The notes: generated from the letters alone by a model not told the origin. A DNA stretch of 64,000 nucleotides from Christensenellaceae bacterium (GCA_963667795.1 OY764017.1:3457778-3521777); one strand, 5' to 3'. Counted from the stretch's first letter, positions 27,556 to 39,245 are shown. A program made the numbers and translations.

Positions 27556-28782
27556 ATGACGGAGTTCTTACAAACAACCGGGTTTTACCAGATTTTCAAC
27601 TCGCCGTTGAATCTGGTCATGATCCTGATTGCATGCGTACTGCTGTACCTTGCGATCGTGAAAAAATACGAACCTTTACTGCTGCTGCCGATCGCGTTTG
27701 GCATGCTGCTGACAAACCTGCCGGGCGCCGGACTGTTCCACGAGGAGTTCTTTAAGAAGGAAGTCGTGGACGCGGCGGGACACATGTCCTACGGTATCGA
27801 CTGGGCCATGCTGGGCGATCCCAAGCAGGCTGGTCTGATCGACTATCTCTACCTCGGCGTGAAACTCGGCATCTATCCGTGCCTGATCTTTATGGGCGTC
27901 GGCGCAATGACGGACTTTGGCCCGTTGATTGCAAACCCGAAGAGCTTGATCTACGGCGCGGCCGCACAAGTCGGCATCTACATTGCGTTTATCCTTGCAC
28001 TGTTGATTGGCCAGTGGGACTGGGCGAGTCAGGTGCTCGGCATCAGTTTTTCGGCAAATGCCGCCGCTTCCATCGGCATTATCGGCGGTGCGGACGGACC
28101 TACGGCAATTCTTGTCACCAGTAAGCTGGCACCGGAGTTGCTTGGACCGATTGCTGTTGCGGCCTACTCGTATATGGCATTGGTACCGGTCATTCAGCCG
28201 CCGATCATGAAGGCACTGACTACCAAGAAAGAACGCCAGATCCACATGTCGCAGCTGCGCAGCGTCAGCAAGACCGAGAAGATCATATTCCCGATCGTGG
28301 CGACTACATTCGTGATCTTCCTGCTGCCGTCCGCGGCGCCTTTAATCGGCTCGCTGATGCTTGGCAACCTGTTTAAGGAAAGTGGCGTTGTGGACCGCCT
28401 GAGCAAAACGACCCAGAACGAGCTGATCAACATCGTAACGATCTTCCTCGGCGTTTCTGTCGGTGCGACGGCGACTGCGGGCACGTTCCTGCGCTGGAAC
28501 ACCATTGCGATTATGCTTCTTGGTGTGCTCGCCTTTGCATGCGGCACAGCCGGCGGCGTATTGCTGGTGAAATTCACGAACCTGTTCACAAAGAACAAAC
28601 TCAACCCGCTGATCGGCAGCGCCGGTGTTTCCGCCGTGCCGATGGCTGCGCGTGTTTCGCAGTCCGTGGGGAGCGAAGAAGACCCGACGAACTTCCTGCT
28701 CATGCATGCCATGGGCCCGAATGTTGCGGGTGTTATCGGCAGCGCGATTGCAGCCGGTGTGTTCCTCTCGCTGTTTGGTTGA
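27556..28782 (+). CDS. oadB: Na+-translocating decarboxylase beta subunit
   Basis: [54 protein letters not shown]. Confidence 0.95.
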   Translation: MTEFLQTTGFYQIFNSPLNLVMILIACVLLYLAIVKKYEPLLLLPIAFGMLLTNLPGAGLFHEEFFKKEVVDAAGHMSYGIDWAMLGDPKQAGLIDYLYLGVKLGIYPCLIFMGVGAMTDFGPLIANPKSLIYGAAAQVGIYIAFILALLIGQWDWASQVLGISFSANAAASIGIIGGADGPTAILVTSKLAPELLGPIAVAAYSYMALVPVIQPPIMKALTTKKERQIHMSQLRSVSKTEKIIFPIVATTFVIFLLPSAAPLIGSLMLGNLFKESGVVDRLSKTTQNELINIVTIFLGVSVGATATAGTFLRWNTIAIMLLGVLAFACGTAGGVLLVKFTNLFTKNKLNPLIGSAGVSAVPMAARVSQSVGSEEDPTNFLLMHAMGPNVAGVIGSAIAAGVFLSLFG

Positions 28783-28847
28783 TGATAGCTTGACGACGTG
28801 CGCGCTTGAAATACAGCGCGCTGCGCCGTCGAAAGGAGTATGAGTGT

Positions 28848-30257
28848 ATGAGCAAACTAAACATTACCGATACCATTCTGCGTGACGCGCACCAGTCTCT
28901 GGCCGCAACGCGCATGCGCACCGAGGATATGCTTCCCGCCTGCGAGGTTCTCGATTCCATCGGCTACTGGTCGCTGGAAGTATGGGGTGGAGCTACATTT
29001 GATTCCTGCCTGCGGTTTTTAAACGAGGATCCCTGGGGACGTTTGAGAACATTGAGAAAGGCACTGCCGAACACCAAGCTGCAGATGCTCTTCCGCGGAC
29101 AGAACATCCTCGGATACAAGCATTACGCGGACGACGTGGTTGAGCAGTTCTGCCGTAAGGCCATCGAAAACGGCATCGACGTCATTCGTATTTTCGACGC
29201 TCTGAACGACCCGCGCAACCTGGAGGCTGCAATCCGCTTCACCAAGAAGTATGGCGGCATCTGCGAACCGGCCATCAGCTATACGGTTTCTCCCGTGCAC
29301 GACGAGGATTACTTCGTTAAGCTCGCCAAGGAACTCGTACAGATGGGTGCGGACACGATCTGCATCAAGGACATGGCGAACCTGCTTCTGCCGTACGACG
29401 CCTATCGCCTCGTAACCCGGTTGAAGAAGGAAATTGACGTTCCGATTCACCTGCACACGCACAACACCACCGGCACCGGCGACATGGTTTATCTCATGGC
29501 CGCGCAGGCGGGCGTTGATATCGTGGACTGCGCGCTGTCGCCTTTCGGCAACGGCACGGCACAGCCCGCGACAGAACCGCTTGTTGCGACACTGCAGGGG
29601 ACCGAGCGCGACACAGGCATGGACCTCAAGAAGCTTTCCGAAGCCGCGGCGATCATGCGTCCGGTGGCGGAGCGTATGCTCAAGGAAGGCATCATGAACA
29701 CCAAGTCCCTGCGCGTGGACATCAATACACTGCTGTATCAGGTTCCCGGCGGCATGCTGTCCAACCTGATCAACCAGCTCAAGCAGGCGCACGCGGAAGA
29801 TAAGTACTACGACGTGCTGGCAGAAGTACCGCGTGTCCGCAAGGACTTCGGGTATCCGCCGCTTGTCACCCCGACGAGCCAAATCGTCGGCACACAGGCC
29901 GTTTTGAACATCCTCAACGGCGAGCGCTATAAGGTCTTCACCAAGGAGTCCAAGGCGTTGCTGCGCGGCGAGTATGGTCTGTTGCCTGGTCCGGTGAACG
30001 AGGAAGTACGCAAAAAGGCGATCGGCGATGACACGGTTATCACCTGCCGCCCAGCCGACTTACTTACACCGGAGCTCGACAAGTATCGCGAAGAGATCAA
30101 AGACCATATCCGTCAGGAAGAGGACGTGCTCAGCTACGCGCTATTCCCGCAGGTTGCGCTTAAATTCTTCGAAGCGCGCGAAGCCGCGGAGAAAAAGGCT
30201 GCTGAACCGGAGAATACTGGCGTACGTTCGTTGTACGTCGAGGATATGGGGGCGTAA
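28848..30257 (+). CDS. oadA: Oxaloacetate decarboxylase alpha / pyruvate carboxyltransferase subunit (no biotin domain)
   Basis: LRDAHQSL.ATRM, WGGATFD, IKDMA, HTH, QVPGGMLSN, PPLVTPTSQIVGTQA; start ATG 28848. Confidence 0.92.
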   Translation: MSKLNITDTILRDAHQSLAATRMRTEDMLPACEVLDSIGYWSLEVWGGATFDSCLRFLNEDPWGRLRTLRKALPNTKLQMLFRGQNILGYKHYADDVVEQFCRKAIENGIDVIRIFDALNDPRNLEAAIRFTKKYGGICEPAISYTVSPVHDEDYFVKLAKELVQMGADTICIKDMANLLLPYDAYRLVTRLKKEIDVPIHLHTHNTTGTGDMVYLMAAQAGVDIVDCALSPFGNGTAQPATEPLVATLQGTERDTGMDLKKLSEAAAIMRPVAERMLKEGIMNTKSLRVDINTLLYQVPGGMLSNLINQLKQAHAEDKYYDVLAEVPRVRKDFGYPPLVTPTSQIVGTQAVLNILNGERYKVFTKESKALLRGEYGLLPGPVNEEVRKKAIGDDTVITCRPADLLTPELDKYREEIKDHIRQEEDVLSYALFPQVALKFFEAREAAEKKAAEPENTGVRSLYVEDMGA

Positions 30258-30812
30258 ATGCGACATTTGCCGAACATTCTATCCGGTTTGCGGATTGTTC
30301 TTGTCGGCGTATTTATGTGGCTCTTTTTGGCAGGCAGTTATCTGCCTGCCCTTTCCGTTTTTGTATTCGCGTTTTTTACGGACGTTCTGGACGGGCAGCT
30401 CGCCCGCGCAAACGGCTGGGTGACCAACCTCGGCAAGCTGCTTGACCCGCTTGCGGACAAGATGATGACGCTTGCGGCGCTGATTTGCATCTACCTCGGC
30501 AAACAGAAACCGGTTTATCTTGTTTTGTTCCTGCTTATGATGGCAAAAGAGACCTTGATGGTGCTTGGCGGGCTGTTCATGGCGAAGCGAAACGTGGTTG
30601 CAATGGCGGACTGGCCGGGCAAAATAGCCACGGGCATGTTTGCAGTCGGCGTCATGCTGTCGCTGCTGTCGTTTCTGTCGCTGGCGGTGGAACCCTGGAA
30701 TCTCTATATCTTGGGCGGCGCAACCGCAATGTCCTACTTTGCGCTGTTCTTCTACGCGGCAACCCAGTTGAAAAAAGCGTTCCCCAAAGGAGACAATCAG
30801 GCGAACGAATAA
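30258..30812 (+). CDS. CDP-alcohol phosphatidyltransferase (PgsA-like)
   Basis: PNILS..R, TDVLDGQLAR...GKLLDPLADK. Confidence 0.9.
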   Translation: MRHLPNILSGLRIVLVGVFMWLFLAGSYLPALSVFVFAFFTDVLDGQLARANGWVTNLGKLLDPLADKMMTLAALICIYLGKQKPVYLVLFLLMMAKETLMVLGGLFMAKRNVVAMADWPGKIATGMFAVGVMLSLLSFLSLAVEPWNLYILGGATAMSYFALFFYAATQLKKAFPKGDNQANE

Positions 30813-30851
30813 CGAAAGGGTCAATACGTCCGGCAGTATGGGAATTAACAC

Positions 30852-30880
30852 TTGCAATGCGACTGCAGGAATGCTATACT
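30852..30880 (+). promoter_or_regulatory. Sigma-A promoter of rimP-nusA-infB operon
   Basis: TTGCAA-17 bp-TATACT with TG extension. Confidence 0.7.
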
Positions 30881-30910
30881 ACGAACGTTGGATGTGTGAA
30901 CTTGAAGCGG

Positions 30911-30939
30911 AGAGTGGGCAAAACCCACTCTTTCGTTTT
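30911..30939 (+). promoter_or_regulatory. rimP leader attenuator hairpin
   Basis: AGAGTGGG-CAAAA-CCCACTCT + weak U-tract, the hairpin type conserved upstream of rimP in Firmicutes. Confidence 0.75.
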
Positions 30940-31029
30940 GAAGGGTGCTTTTTTTCACGTTTGGAGATTATCAAAAGATGTGAATTGTCCCGGCATTTGC
31001 TTGCCGGGCTGTTATTTGGAGGATTTTGA

Positions 31030-31482
31030 TTGAAAACGACGCAGCGAGTCGAAGAGTTGGTAAAAAACACTGTTGAAACGCTCGGGTTTGAGCTTTGCGA
31101 TGTTGAATTCCAAAAAGAGTATGGAAACTGGGTGTTGACGCTTTTTATCAACAAGCCGGGCGGCGTTACCATTGACGACTGCGAAAAGGTCAGCAGGGCG
31201 GTCGATCCGGTGCTTGAAGAAGCGGACCCGATTGAACAGGCGTACTATCTTTCCGTTTCATCGCTGGGGCTGGACCACCCGCTGAAAAAAGACAGGGATT
31301 ATGAACGTAACATCGGTAAGCGCGTCGAAGTCAAGTTGTTTGCGCCGGTCAACGGGCAAAAGGAGTTTGTCGGCGAGCTGATTTCGTTTGACGGAGAAAC
31401 GGTTCGCATTCTGACCGAAGCGGGTGAAACCACGCTGGAACGCAAGAGCATTGCGCTGGCGAAACCGGAATTAAAGTTTTAG
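31030..31482 (+). CDS. rimP: Ribosome maturation factor RimP
   Basis: GVTIDDCEKVSR, DPI...YYLSVSSLGLD.PL; synteny. Confidence 0.95.
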   Translation: MKTTQRVEELVKNTVETLGFELCDVEFQKEYGNWVLTLFINKPGGVTIDDCEKVSRAVDPVLEEADPIEQAYYLSVSSLGLDHPLKKDRDYERNIGKRVEVKLFAPVNGQKEFVGELISFDGETVRILTEAGETTLERKSIALAKPELKF

Positions 31483-31554
31483 CGCGACAGTTTTTTTCAA
31501 CCGATAGGCAACGTATGATAAAGACGGGAATATAATTTTTAAGGAGTAAGATAG

Positions 31555-32661
31555 ATGAACATCGAGTTTGTCGAAGCATTAAACGCACTGGAGAAAGAAC
31601 GCGGTATCAGCAAGGAAGTCCTGATCATGGCGATCGAGGCTGCGCTTACGTCCGCTTATAAGCGCAACTACGGCGCAAACGCGAACGTCCGCGCGGAAGT
31701 TGACCCGGAAACCGGCGAATTCAGAATTTATGCTTCGAAGACGGTCGTTGAGGAGATTGAAAACCCCATCAACGAGATTTTGCTTGAAGAGGCAAAGCAT
31801 GTCAACGCACTTTACGAAATTGGCGACGTTCTCGAAGAGGAGATAAAAACACGTGATTTTTCGCGAATTGCTGCGCAGACGGCCAAGCAGGTTGTCGTAC
31901 AGCGCATCCGCGAAGCAGAGCGCGGTGTTATTTATGAAGAGTATGTTGAAAAAGAGAACGAAGTGCTCACCGCCATCGTTCAGCGTGTTGAAAAAGGCAA
32001 TGTCTATGTCGAACTTGGCAAAACCGACGGCATCCTGACCCCGAACGAAATGATTCCCGGCGAAACCTATGAAAACAATGATCGCATCAAGGTTTATGTT
32101 CTTGAAGTACGCAAGGACAGCAAAGGCCCGCAGGTGCTTGTTTCACGCACGCATCCCGGCCTTGTGAAGCGCCTGTTCGAGCTGGAAGTGCCGGAAATTC
32201 AGAACGGCGTCGTTCAGATCAAGTCCATCGCGCGCGAGGCGGGCTTCCGCACCAAGGTTGCCGTACACTCGACCGACATGCAGGTGGACGCGGTCGGTGC
32301 ATGTGTGGGCCAGCGCGGCGCACGCGTGGAGCGCATTGTAAACGAGCTCCACAACGAGAAAATCGATATCATCGAATGGGATTCCGACTCGGCGGTCTAT
32401 ATTGCAAAAGCACTGAGTCCGGCGAAAGTCCTCATGGTGTATATAAATGAAGAAGAGAAGGCGGCAAAGGTCGTCGTTCCAGATTCGCAGCTGTCTCTTG
32501 CGATCGGAAAAGAAGGGCAAAACGCGCGGCTTGCCGCGAAACTGACCGGCTGGAAGATCGACATCAAGAGCCAGACACAGGCCGAAGAAGTGATGGACTC
32601 CATTTACGAGGACGACTATCCCGCCGAAAACGAAGATTGCCCTGCTGAAAGCGAGGAATAA
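31555..32661 (+). CDS. nusA: Transcription factor NusA
   Basis: [45 protein letters not shown]. Confidence 0.98.
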   Translation: MNIEFVEALNALEKERGISKEVLIMAIEAALTSAYKRNYGANANVRAEVDPETGEFRIYASKTVVEEIENPINEILLEEAKHVNALYEIGDVLEEEIKTRDFSRIAAQTAKQVVVQRIREAERGVIYEEYVEKENEVLTAIVQRVEKGNVYVELGKTDGILTPNEMIPGETYENNDRIKVYVLEVRKDSKGPQVLVSRTHPGLVKRLFELEVPEIQNGVVQIKSIAREAGFRTKVAVHSTDMQVDAVGACVGQRGARVERIVNELHNEKIDIIEWDSDSAVYIAKALSPAKVLMVYINEEEKAAKVVVPDSQLSLAIGKEGQNARLAAKLTGWKIDIKSQTQAEEVMDSIYEDDYPAENEDCPAESEE

Positions 32662-32664
32662 GGA

Positions 32665-32946
32665 TTGGCGAAAAAGGTTCCGATGCGCATGTGCGTGTCC
32701 TGCCGCGAAATGCGGCCGAAAAAGGAATTGACACGGGTTGTGCGAACGCCCGACGGCGAGGTACTGATCGATCCGACAGGCCGCGCAAACGGTCGCGGCG
32801 CATATCTGTGCCTGAAAACCGCGTGCCTTGACAAGGCCGTCAAGTCGCGTGCGCTGGAGCGAGCACTGGAGATTGGTATTTCAAAGGAGACTTACGAAGC
32901 ACTCCGAAAGGACTGTCAGGATGCCGAAGCAGAGCAAGTTAACTAG
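32665..32946 (+). CDS. ylxR: YlxR/RnpM family RNA-binding protein
   Basis: PMRMCVSC, GRGAYLC; synteny. Confidence 0.93.
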   Translation: MAKKVPMRMCVSCREMRPKKELTRVVRTPDGEVLIDPTGRANGRGAYLCLKTACLDKAVKSRALERALEIGISKETYEALRKDCQDAEAEQVN

Positions 32947-33241
32947 CGCTATCGGCTTCGCGATGAAGGCCGGCCGGTTAAAATCCGGCGATTTCGTCGT
33001 GGAAAAGCTTGTGCGCGCAAACAAAGCGCGGCTGGTGTTGATTGATGAAGGCGCATCGGGAAACACGAAGGAAAAATACCGGACGCTCTGCATAGGACAC
33101 CATACGGAACAGTTGGAAGTAAATGAACTCGGAAGCTGGATCGGAAAACCGGGACGCATGATAGCGGCGGTGACCGACGAAGGCTTTGCAAATATGATCA
33201 AACGCGCCTCGGCGGAAGAAGAAACCGCACAAGGCGAATAA
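32921..33241 (+). CDS. ylxQ: L7Ae/L30e family protein
   Basis: [21 protein letters not shown]...VTDEGFA; start ATG 32921. Confidence 0.9.
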   Translation: MPKQSKLTSAIGFAMKAGRLKSGDFVVEKLVRANKARLVLIDEGASGNTKEKYRTLCIGHHTEQLEVNELGSWIGKPGRMIAAVTDEGFANMIKRASAEEETAQGE

Positions 33242-33260
33242 CGCGGGGGTAACGACATAT

Positions 33261-35918
33261 ATGGCAAAAGCGAAATTTCTGGTAAGTGCAAAGGAAATGC
33301 AAAGCGGAACGAAGGAGTTGCTTGAACGGCTGACGACGACACAGTCGGCTGTGGGCGAACTGCTTGTTTCGGTGCGCCATTCCGAAAGCGAAATGCTTGA
33401 AAAAGAAATTCAGGAGAGAAAAGCCCGTGAAGAACGCGAGCGCATGGAGCGCCTGCGCGAGGTACTGGAATCCGATCAGGATCTGGCCGTCCATATCGGC
33501 GGAACAGACGACGACGAGCTGGAAGCCACGGAAGTTCCCGTGAAACAGGAAGCTGCCGAAGAGCCGAAACCGGCGAATGAAGAACCGAAGAAAGAAGCCG
33601 TGACGGAAAAAGAAGCGGTAAAAGAAGCGGAGGAGACGAAAAGCAATCCCGCGGAAAAACCGAAGGCGGAACCTGCCAAAAAGCAAACGAGCAGCGGCTA
33701 TGAAGCAAGGCCGATCTCCCCACGTGAAGAACGGCGCGCCCCGCAGCAACCGTCCCGCGCACCCCGGCAGGACGGATATACCCCGAGACCGCAGCAGAGA
33801 AGTGGCGGACAGACCGGGAACACGACGGCAAGGCCACAGGGCGGAACGAATGCTCCGCGCCCGCCGCGCGCCGCTGGCACGACAACCGCAACCGCAACCG
33901 GACCGACCGCTTCTGCGTCCGGAACAAAAGAGCGCGTCAGCAATTACGATCCCAAGAAGGGCACGTATACGCGTACGTTTACCAACAATAACAATAACAA
34001 TAATGCGAATGCGAATAACAGAAGAAAAAATAAGAAAGCGATTGCGCGTGATGCTGGACCCACCGCGAGGAATTGGGATGAGGATGGACGTATTCGCCGC
34101 AAACCGAAACGTGGCGGCAAACAACAGCCTATGCACCGGCCGGAACCCGTCGTGATCGAGAAAGCGGTGATCACTACGGAAACCATAACAGTAAAAGACC
34201 TCAGCGAAAAAATTGGAAAGCCGGCAGCGGCAATCATCAAAAAGTTGTTTATGCTCGGCATCGTTACGACCATCAACCAGGAGATCGATTTTGACACATG
34301 CGAGCTAATAGCGTCCGACTTCGGCATCGAGCTTGAACAAAAGATTGCGAAAACATATGAAGAAGTACTGACCGACAGCGCCGATGATGTTAAAGACGAT
34401 CCTAAACTGCTGCAGTCCCGCCCGCCGGTTGTCACCATCATGGGGCACGTCGACCACGGTAAAACTTCGCTGTTGGATGCGATTCGCAACAGCAGCGTGA
34501 CCGAAGGCGAAGCAGGCGGCATTACGCAGCACATCGGCGCGTACACCGTTGCCTGCAAAGGACAGCAGATTACGTTTATCGACACACCGGGCCACGAGGC
34601 GTTTACATCAATGCGTGCACGCGGCGCGCAGGTGACGGACATCGTCATTCTCGTTGTCGCGGCGGACGACGGAATTATGCCGCAGACGGTTGAGGCGATC
34701 AACCACGCGAAAGCGGCGGGCGTACCGATCGTAGTCGCAGTCAACAAGATGGATAAACCCGACGCGAATCCGGACCGCGTGAAACAGCAGCTCACCGAAT
34801 ACGAACTGGTTTCGGAAGAGTGGGGCGGCGACACGATTGTCGTTCCCGTATCCGCCAAAACACAGATGGGACTCGATACGCTGCTTGAAATGGTCTTGCT
34901 CCAGGCGGACGTTCTGGAACTCAAAGCGAATTCGAAGCGCCTTGCAAGAGGTACGATCATTGAGGCCAAACTGGACAAGGGACGCGGACCCGTTGCGACT
35001 GTGCTCGTGCAAAACGGCACGCTGCACCGCGGCGACACGATCGTTGCCGGAACGGCATACGGCAAAGTGCGCGCCATGGTGGATGACCGCGGCCGCGCGG
35101 TGGAAGAAGCAGGTCCGTCCGTACCGGTCGAGGTACTCGGATTCAGCGAGGTTCCGGCGGCTGGCGACATACTGAACGTTGCCGAAGCAGACAAGCTTTC
35201 CCGCCAGGTTGCAGAAGAGCGCAGAGACAAGATCAAAGCCGCGCAGCTGAAGAGCAAGAGCCGCGTTTCGCTGGACGAACTCTTCACGCAGATGGCGGAA
35301 GACGAACTCAAGGAACTTAACATCATCGTCAAAGCGGATGTGCAGGGTTCTGTCGAGGCCGTCAAGCAAGCGCTTGAAAAACTCAGCAATGAAGAAGTAC
35401 GCGTGCGCTGCATCCACGGCGGCGTCGGCGCGATCACCGGAACGGACATTATGTTCGCTTCCGCTTCCAACGCTATCGTCATCGGTTTCAACGTCCGACC
35501 GGATTCCAGCGCACGAACGATGGCCGAAAAGGAGAACGTGGACGTTCGTACCTACCGCGTCATCTACAACGCGATTGACGACGTGAAAAGCGCTATGCAG
35601 GGCATGTTCAAGCCGATCTTCCAGGAGACGGAGCTTGGACGCGCGACCATCCGCAATGTTTTCAAAGTATCCGGTGTGGGTACCATCGCGGGCACATATG
35701 TCAACGAAGGCAAGATCACGCGAAGTGCGCAGGTTCGCATCGTGCGCGACAGCGTGGTGATCCACGAAGGCAAGATTGCATCACTCAAACGCTTTAAGGA
35801 CGACACCAAGGAAGTTCTGACCGGGTTTGAGTGCGGCATCGGCATTGAAAACTACAACGACTTGAACGTGGATGACGTGATTGAAGCGTTCGTCATCGAG
35901 GAAGTCAAACGCACATAA
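33261..35918 (+). CDS. infB: Translation initiation factor IF-2
   Basis: [32 protein letters not shown]. Confidence 0.98.
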   Translation: MAKAKFLVSAKEMQSGTKELLERLTTTQSAVGELLVSVRHSESEMLEKEIQERKAREERERMERLREVLESDQDLAVHIGGTDDDELEATEVPVKQEAAEEPKPANEEPKKEAVTEKEAVKEAEETKSNPAEKPKAEPAKKQTSSGYEARPISPREERRAPQQPSRAPRQDGYTPRPQQRSGGQTGNTTARPQGGTNAPRPPRAAGTTTATATGPTASASGTKERVSNYDPKKGTYTRTFTNNNNNNNANANNRRKNKKAIARDAGPTARNWDEDGRIRRKPKRGGKQQPMHRPEPVVIEKAVITTETITVKDLSEKIGKPAAAIIKKLFMLGIVTTINQEIDFDTCELIASDFGIELEQKIAKTYEEVLTDSADDVKDDPKLLQSRPPVVTIMGHVDHGKTSLLDAIRNSSVTEGEAGGITQHIGAYTVACKGQQITFIDTPGHEAFTSMRARGAQVTDIVILVVAADDGIMPQTVEAINHAKAAGVPIVVAVNKMDKPDANPDRVKQQLTEYELVSEEWGGDTIVVPVSAKTQMGLDTLLEMVLLQADVLELKANSKRLARGTIIEAKLDKGRGPVATVLVQNGTLHRGDTIVAGTAYGKVRAMVDDRGRAVEEAGPSVPVEVLGFSEVPAAGDILNVAEADKLSRQVAEERRDKIKAAQLKSKSRVSLDELFTQMAEDELKELNIIVKADVQGSVEAVKQALEKLSNEEVRVRCIHGGVGAITGTDIMFASASNAIVIGFNVRPDSSARTMAEKENVDVRTYRVIYNAIDDVKSAMQGMFKPIFQETELGRATIRNVFKVSGVGTIAGTYVNEGKITRSAQVRIVRDSVVIHEGKIASLKRFKDDTKEVLTGFECGIGIENYNDLNVDDVIEAFVIEEVKRT

Positions 35919-35982
35919 CGACGATATCGCCGCGGAAGGCCGCCGCCATGGCGCGCGTCGCGGCGGAGGAGGATAAACTATC

Positions 35983-36342
35983 GTGGCAACGTTCCGTTCG
36001 GACAGGATGAACGAAGAGGTCAAAAAGACGATCAGCGAGATCATACGCGGAATGAAGGATCCCCGAATTTCCGAGATGACGTCGCTGACCGGCGTTGAAG
36101 TGACGAAGGACCTCAAATATGCGAAGATCAAGGTCTCCGTTTACGACAAAAGTGAATCCAGGCGGCAGGGCAGCGTGGACGCGCTGAACCACGCCGCCGG
36201 GTTTATCGCGCGCGAACTTGGCGCAAGGATGCGCATCCGCGCGGTGCCCAGCCTGAAATTCACGCTGGACAACTCCATTGAATACAGCGTGCGTATTTCG
36301 GAAATCCTCAAGGAATTACACGATGAGGACGGGAAGGAGTGA
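35983..36342 (+). CDS. rbfA: Ribosome-binding factor A
   Basis: KDPRI, VTKDLKYAK, AAGFIA, PSLKFTLDNSIEY. Confidence 0.96.
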   Translation: MATFRSDRMNEEVKKTISEIIRGMKDPRISEMTSLTGVEVTKDLKYAKIKVSVYDKSESRRQGSVDALNHAAGFIARELGARMRIRAVPSLKFTLDNSIEYSVRISEILKELHDEDGKE

Positions 36343-37312
36343 CGCGCTTTTGATAAAGGACGCCGTCCAGTTTATAAAGGATCATAACGACATCCTGCTG
36401 ATTGCGCACATGTCGCCGGATGGTGACACGCTCGGCAGCTGTTTTGCGCTTTATGGCGCGTTGAGCGCCAACGGAAAGCACGTGCAGGTCGTCTGTGAAG
36501 ACCCCGTTCCAAGTTTATATGCTTTTTTGCCGTTTTCAGAAACGCTGACTCCGCCCGAGCAGGCGCTGCCCGCCGAGGCGGTTATTTGCGTGGACTGCGC
36601 GGACGTTGCGCGTTTAGGTCGTTGCGAACCGCTGTTCCGCGCGGCGAAAGCGACGCTCAACATCGACCACCATGGCACAAACGATCATTATGCGGATTTT
36701 AACTATGTAAAAAAAGCGGCTGCGACGGGCGAGCTGATCTATCGCGTAATAACGGAGTTGCAGCTTACTCTCAGCAAAGACATTGCGAGTTGCCTGTATA
36801 CCGCAATCGCGGCCGATACCGGGAATTTTGCATACAGCAACACAACGCCGGACACGTTTCGTATTACGGCGGAGCTGTTGGATGCGGGTTTCGATTTGCC
36901 CGATCTCAACAAGCGGTTATTCCGCACCGTGCCGTTCCATAAGCTTAAACTCCAGGCGCTCACTATTGAAAAAACGAGCCTTCATGAGGACGGACGCATC
37001 AGCATCGCATACCTGACGTTGGACGAAATCGTCTCCTGCGGTGCACAAGCCGAGGATACGGAAGGCATTATCGAGATGATTCGCGATATCGCCAGCGTTG
37101 AAATAGCCATGCTCCTGCGCGAAAGCAAGGACGGTACAGTTCGCGTCAGCTTGCGCGGAAAAACCTGCGCAGATGTCAGCAAGATTGCGACGCAGTATCA
37201 AGGCGGTGGACACAAATTTGCTGCAGGCTGCACGCTGAGCATGCCGATTGAACAGGCGGCGGAGCAAATGCTTGCCGCGGCAAAAAAACGGCTGCATGAG
37301 GACTGCTGCTGA
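36323..37312 (+). CDS. nrnA: DHH/DHHA1 oligoribonuclease/PAP phosphatase
   Basis: HMSPDGD, NIDHH, DTGNF, SLR...GGGHKFAAG; start 36323 or TTG 36350. Confidence 0.92.
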   Translation: MRTGRSDALLIKDAVQFIKDHNDILLIAHMSPDGDTLGSCFALYGALSANGKHVQVVCEDPVPSLYAFLPFSETLTPPEQALPAEAVICVDCADVARLGRCEPLFRAAKATLNIDHHGTNDHYADFNYVKKAAATGELIYRVITELQLTLSKDIASCLYTAIAADTGNFAYSNTTPDTFRITAELLDAGFDLPDLNKRLFRTVPFHKLKLQALTIEKTSLHEDGRISIAYLTLDEIVSCGAQAEDTEGIIEMIRDIASVEIAMLLRESKDGTVRVSLRGKTCADVSKIATQYQGGGHKFAAGCTLSMPIEQAAEQMLAAAKKRLHEDCC

Positions 37313-37313
37313 T

Positions 37314-38180
37314 ATGGACGGCGTCGTCGTTCTACTCAAGCCGCCAGGCATGACGTCCAGCAACGCGGTATATGACGTGCGCAGAATATTCGGCGAAAAA
37401 CGTGTCGGGCATCTCGGCACACTCGATCCCGCGGCAGCGGGCGTGCTGCCGGTTTGCATCGGACGTGCGACGAAGCTGTTCGACCTGCTGGTCGACAAAG
37501 ACAAAGAATATGTATTTGAAATCGCATTCGGCCGGAGGACTGACACGCAGGACGCATACGGCGCTGTGCTGGAAACGGATACGCGCGTAGTGGAGCAAGA
37601 AGAACTACTGTCCGTATTGCCGTCGTTAACCGGCGAACAGATGCAGACGGCGTCCATTTATTCCGCGCTGAAGGTAGACGGTAAGAAAATGTACGACCTT
37701 GCGCGTGCGGGCGTGAAAGTGGAGCCGAAAAAGCGACGCGTAGTCATCGACACGCTTGAACTGCTGACGCAGACGGGTGAAAACCGCTTTTTAATAAGGA
37801 CGGTGTGCTCCCGTGGAACGTATGTACGCTCGCTTTGTGAAAGTATTGCCGAAGCACTCGGCACGATTGCTTATATGCCGTTTTTGCTCAGAACGCGCAG
37901 CGGCCCGTTCGCCATTGACAGCGCACAGACGGTGGACGACCTGCAGACGGCAAATGCGCAGGGCACACTGCAAGCGACGGTCGTTTCCTGCGAAGACGCG
38001 GTTTCGTACCTGCCGCAGTTGCGGTTGCCGGAAGATCGACGCACCCCGACAAAGAATGGGCTGGAAACTCAGCTTCGGGGACAGGCAAGCGGGAATGTAC
38101 GCCTGTATGCGGGCGGCGAATTCCTTGGCGTCGGGAACGTTGTAAACGAACGCGTAAAGCTCGCGATTCATCTGTATTGA
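37314..38180 (+). CDS. truB: tRNA pseudouridine(55) synthase
   Basis: KPPGMTS, GHLGTLDPAAAGVL, YSALKVDG, CSRGTYVRSL. Confidence 0.96.
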   Translation: MDGVVVLLKPPGMTSSNAVYDVRRIFGEKRVGHLGTLDPAAAGVLPVCIGRATKLFDLLVDKDKEYVFEIAFGRRTDTQDAYGAVLETDTRVVEQEELLSVLPSLTGEQMQTASIYSALKVDGKKMYDLARAGVKVEPKKRRVVIDTLELLTQTGENRFLIRTVCSRGTYVRSLCESIAEALGTIAYMPFLLRTRSGPFAIDSAQTVDDLQTANAQGTLQATVVSCEDAVSYLPQLRLPEDRRTPTKNGLETQLRGQASGNVRLYAGGEFLGVGNVVNERVKLAIHLY

Positions 38181-38188
38181 GGTTGACT

Positions 38189-39103
38189 ATGGCAAAACGA
38201 ACTCCAGCCGTCGTTGCACTCGGCATGTTTGACGGCGTTCACACAGGACACAGAGCTCTTTTGAAAAAGACGGTGGACACGGCATATGCTATGCATGCCG
38301 TTCCGGCGGTCTATACGTTTTCCAACCATCCGATGGACGTGCTTGGCGGCGGCGTGCGGTTGCTTTCCGAAATGCGCGAACGCAACGCGATGATCCGTCT
38401 GCTCGGCATTGAAGAACTGGTGAGTGAACCGTTTACGGCTGAGGTTGCGTCACTCTCGACGGAAGCGTATATCGACGCGCTTTGCGAACGATGGGACGTG
38501 CGAGAATTGGTCGTTGGTTACAACTACACCTGCGGCGCAATGGGCGCGGGTACGCCGGAAACACTTGAGAAAATCGGAAAGTCACGCGGATTCGGCGTTA
38601 GCGTCGTTCAACCGGTGATATACGAAGGCGCGCCGGTATCCAGCACACGCATCCGCATGGCTGTCGAACGTGGGGAGATGGAACTTGCCGCCGCAATGCT
38701 CGGACGCAAATATGCGTTTTCCGGTCGTGTTGTGAAAAACAGGCGCATCGGCCGGAGAATCGGATTTCCGACGGCAAACATCGAGGCCGACCCGACGCGC
38801 GTTATGCCGCCGGACGGCGTTTATGCAACGTCGGCATACGTGGAAGGCACGGCTTACCGTGCGGTCACCAACATCGGCAACAATCCGACGGTCAACGGCG
38901 ACAGGCGCACCGTTGAAACGCACATTATCGACTTTGACGCGGATATTTACGGACGCGAACTGACTGTTTCGTTCCTGTTTATGATTCGTGGTGAAATTAC
39001 GTTTAACGGCATAGACGAACTCAAGAAGCAAATTGCAAAAGACATTGCCACTGCCTCTGCAAGACGTAAGGTGATGGACACCGAAGGGAACGACTCTATA
39101 TAG
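38189..39103 (+). CDS. ribF: Riboflavin kinase/FAD synthetase
   Basis: GMFDGVHTGH, VSSTRIR, GRRIGFPTAN, ETHIIDF. Confidence 0.96.
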   Translation: MAKRTPAVVALGMFDGVHTGHRALLKKTVDTAYAMHAVPAVYTFSNHPMDVLGGGVRLLSEMRERNAMIRLLGIEELVSEPFTAEVASLSTEAYIDALCERWDVRELVVGYNYTCGAMGAGTPETLEKIGKSRGFGVSVVQPVIYEGAPVSSTRIRMAVERGEMELAAAMLGRKYAFSGRVVKNRRIGRRIGFPTANIEADPTRVMPPDGVYATSAYVEGTAYRAVTNIGNNPTVNGDRRTVETHIIDFDADIYGRELTVSFLFMIRGEITFNGIDELKKQIAKDIATASARRKVMDTEGNDSI

Positions 39104-39126
39104 ATAAGTTGTGATTTCCATTTATA

Positions 39127-39155
39127 TTTACAAAAATCTTTAGATATGGTATAGT
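39127..39155 (+). promoter_or_regulatory. Sigma-A promoter for rpsO
   Basis: TTTACA-17 bp-TATAGT with TG extension. Confidence 0.65.
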
Positions 39156-39168
39156 ATAACAGTATTTG

Positions 39169-39219
39169 GCCCGTTTACTGGGGGAAGCGACACTCCGACG
39201 CTCTATCTCAGTTTACGGC
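39169..39219 (+). ncRNA. Putative S15 autoregulatory leader
   Basis: Long stem CCGT..ACTGGG / CTCAGT..ACGG enclosing AGCG/CGCT in the rpsO 5' UTR. Confidence 0.55.
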
Positions 39220-39245
39220 AAAAAGAAAAAGGAGAATATTTTAAA

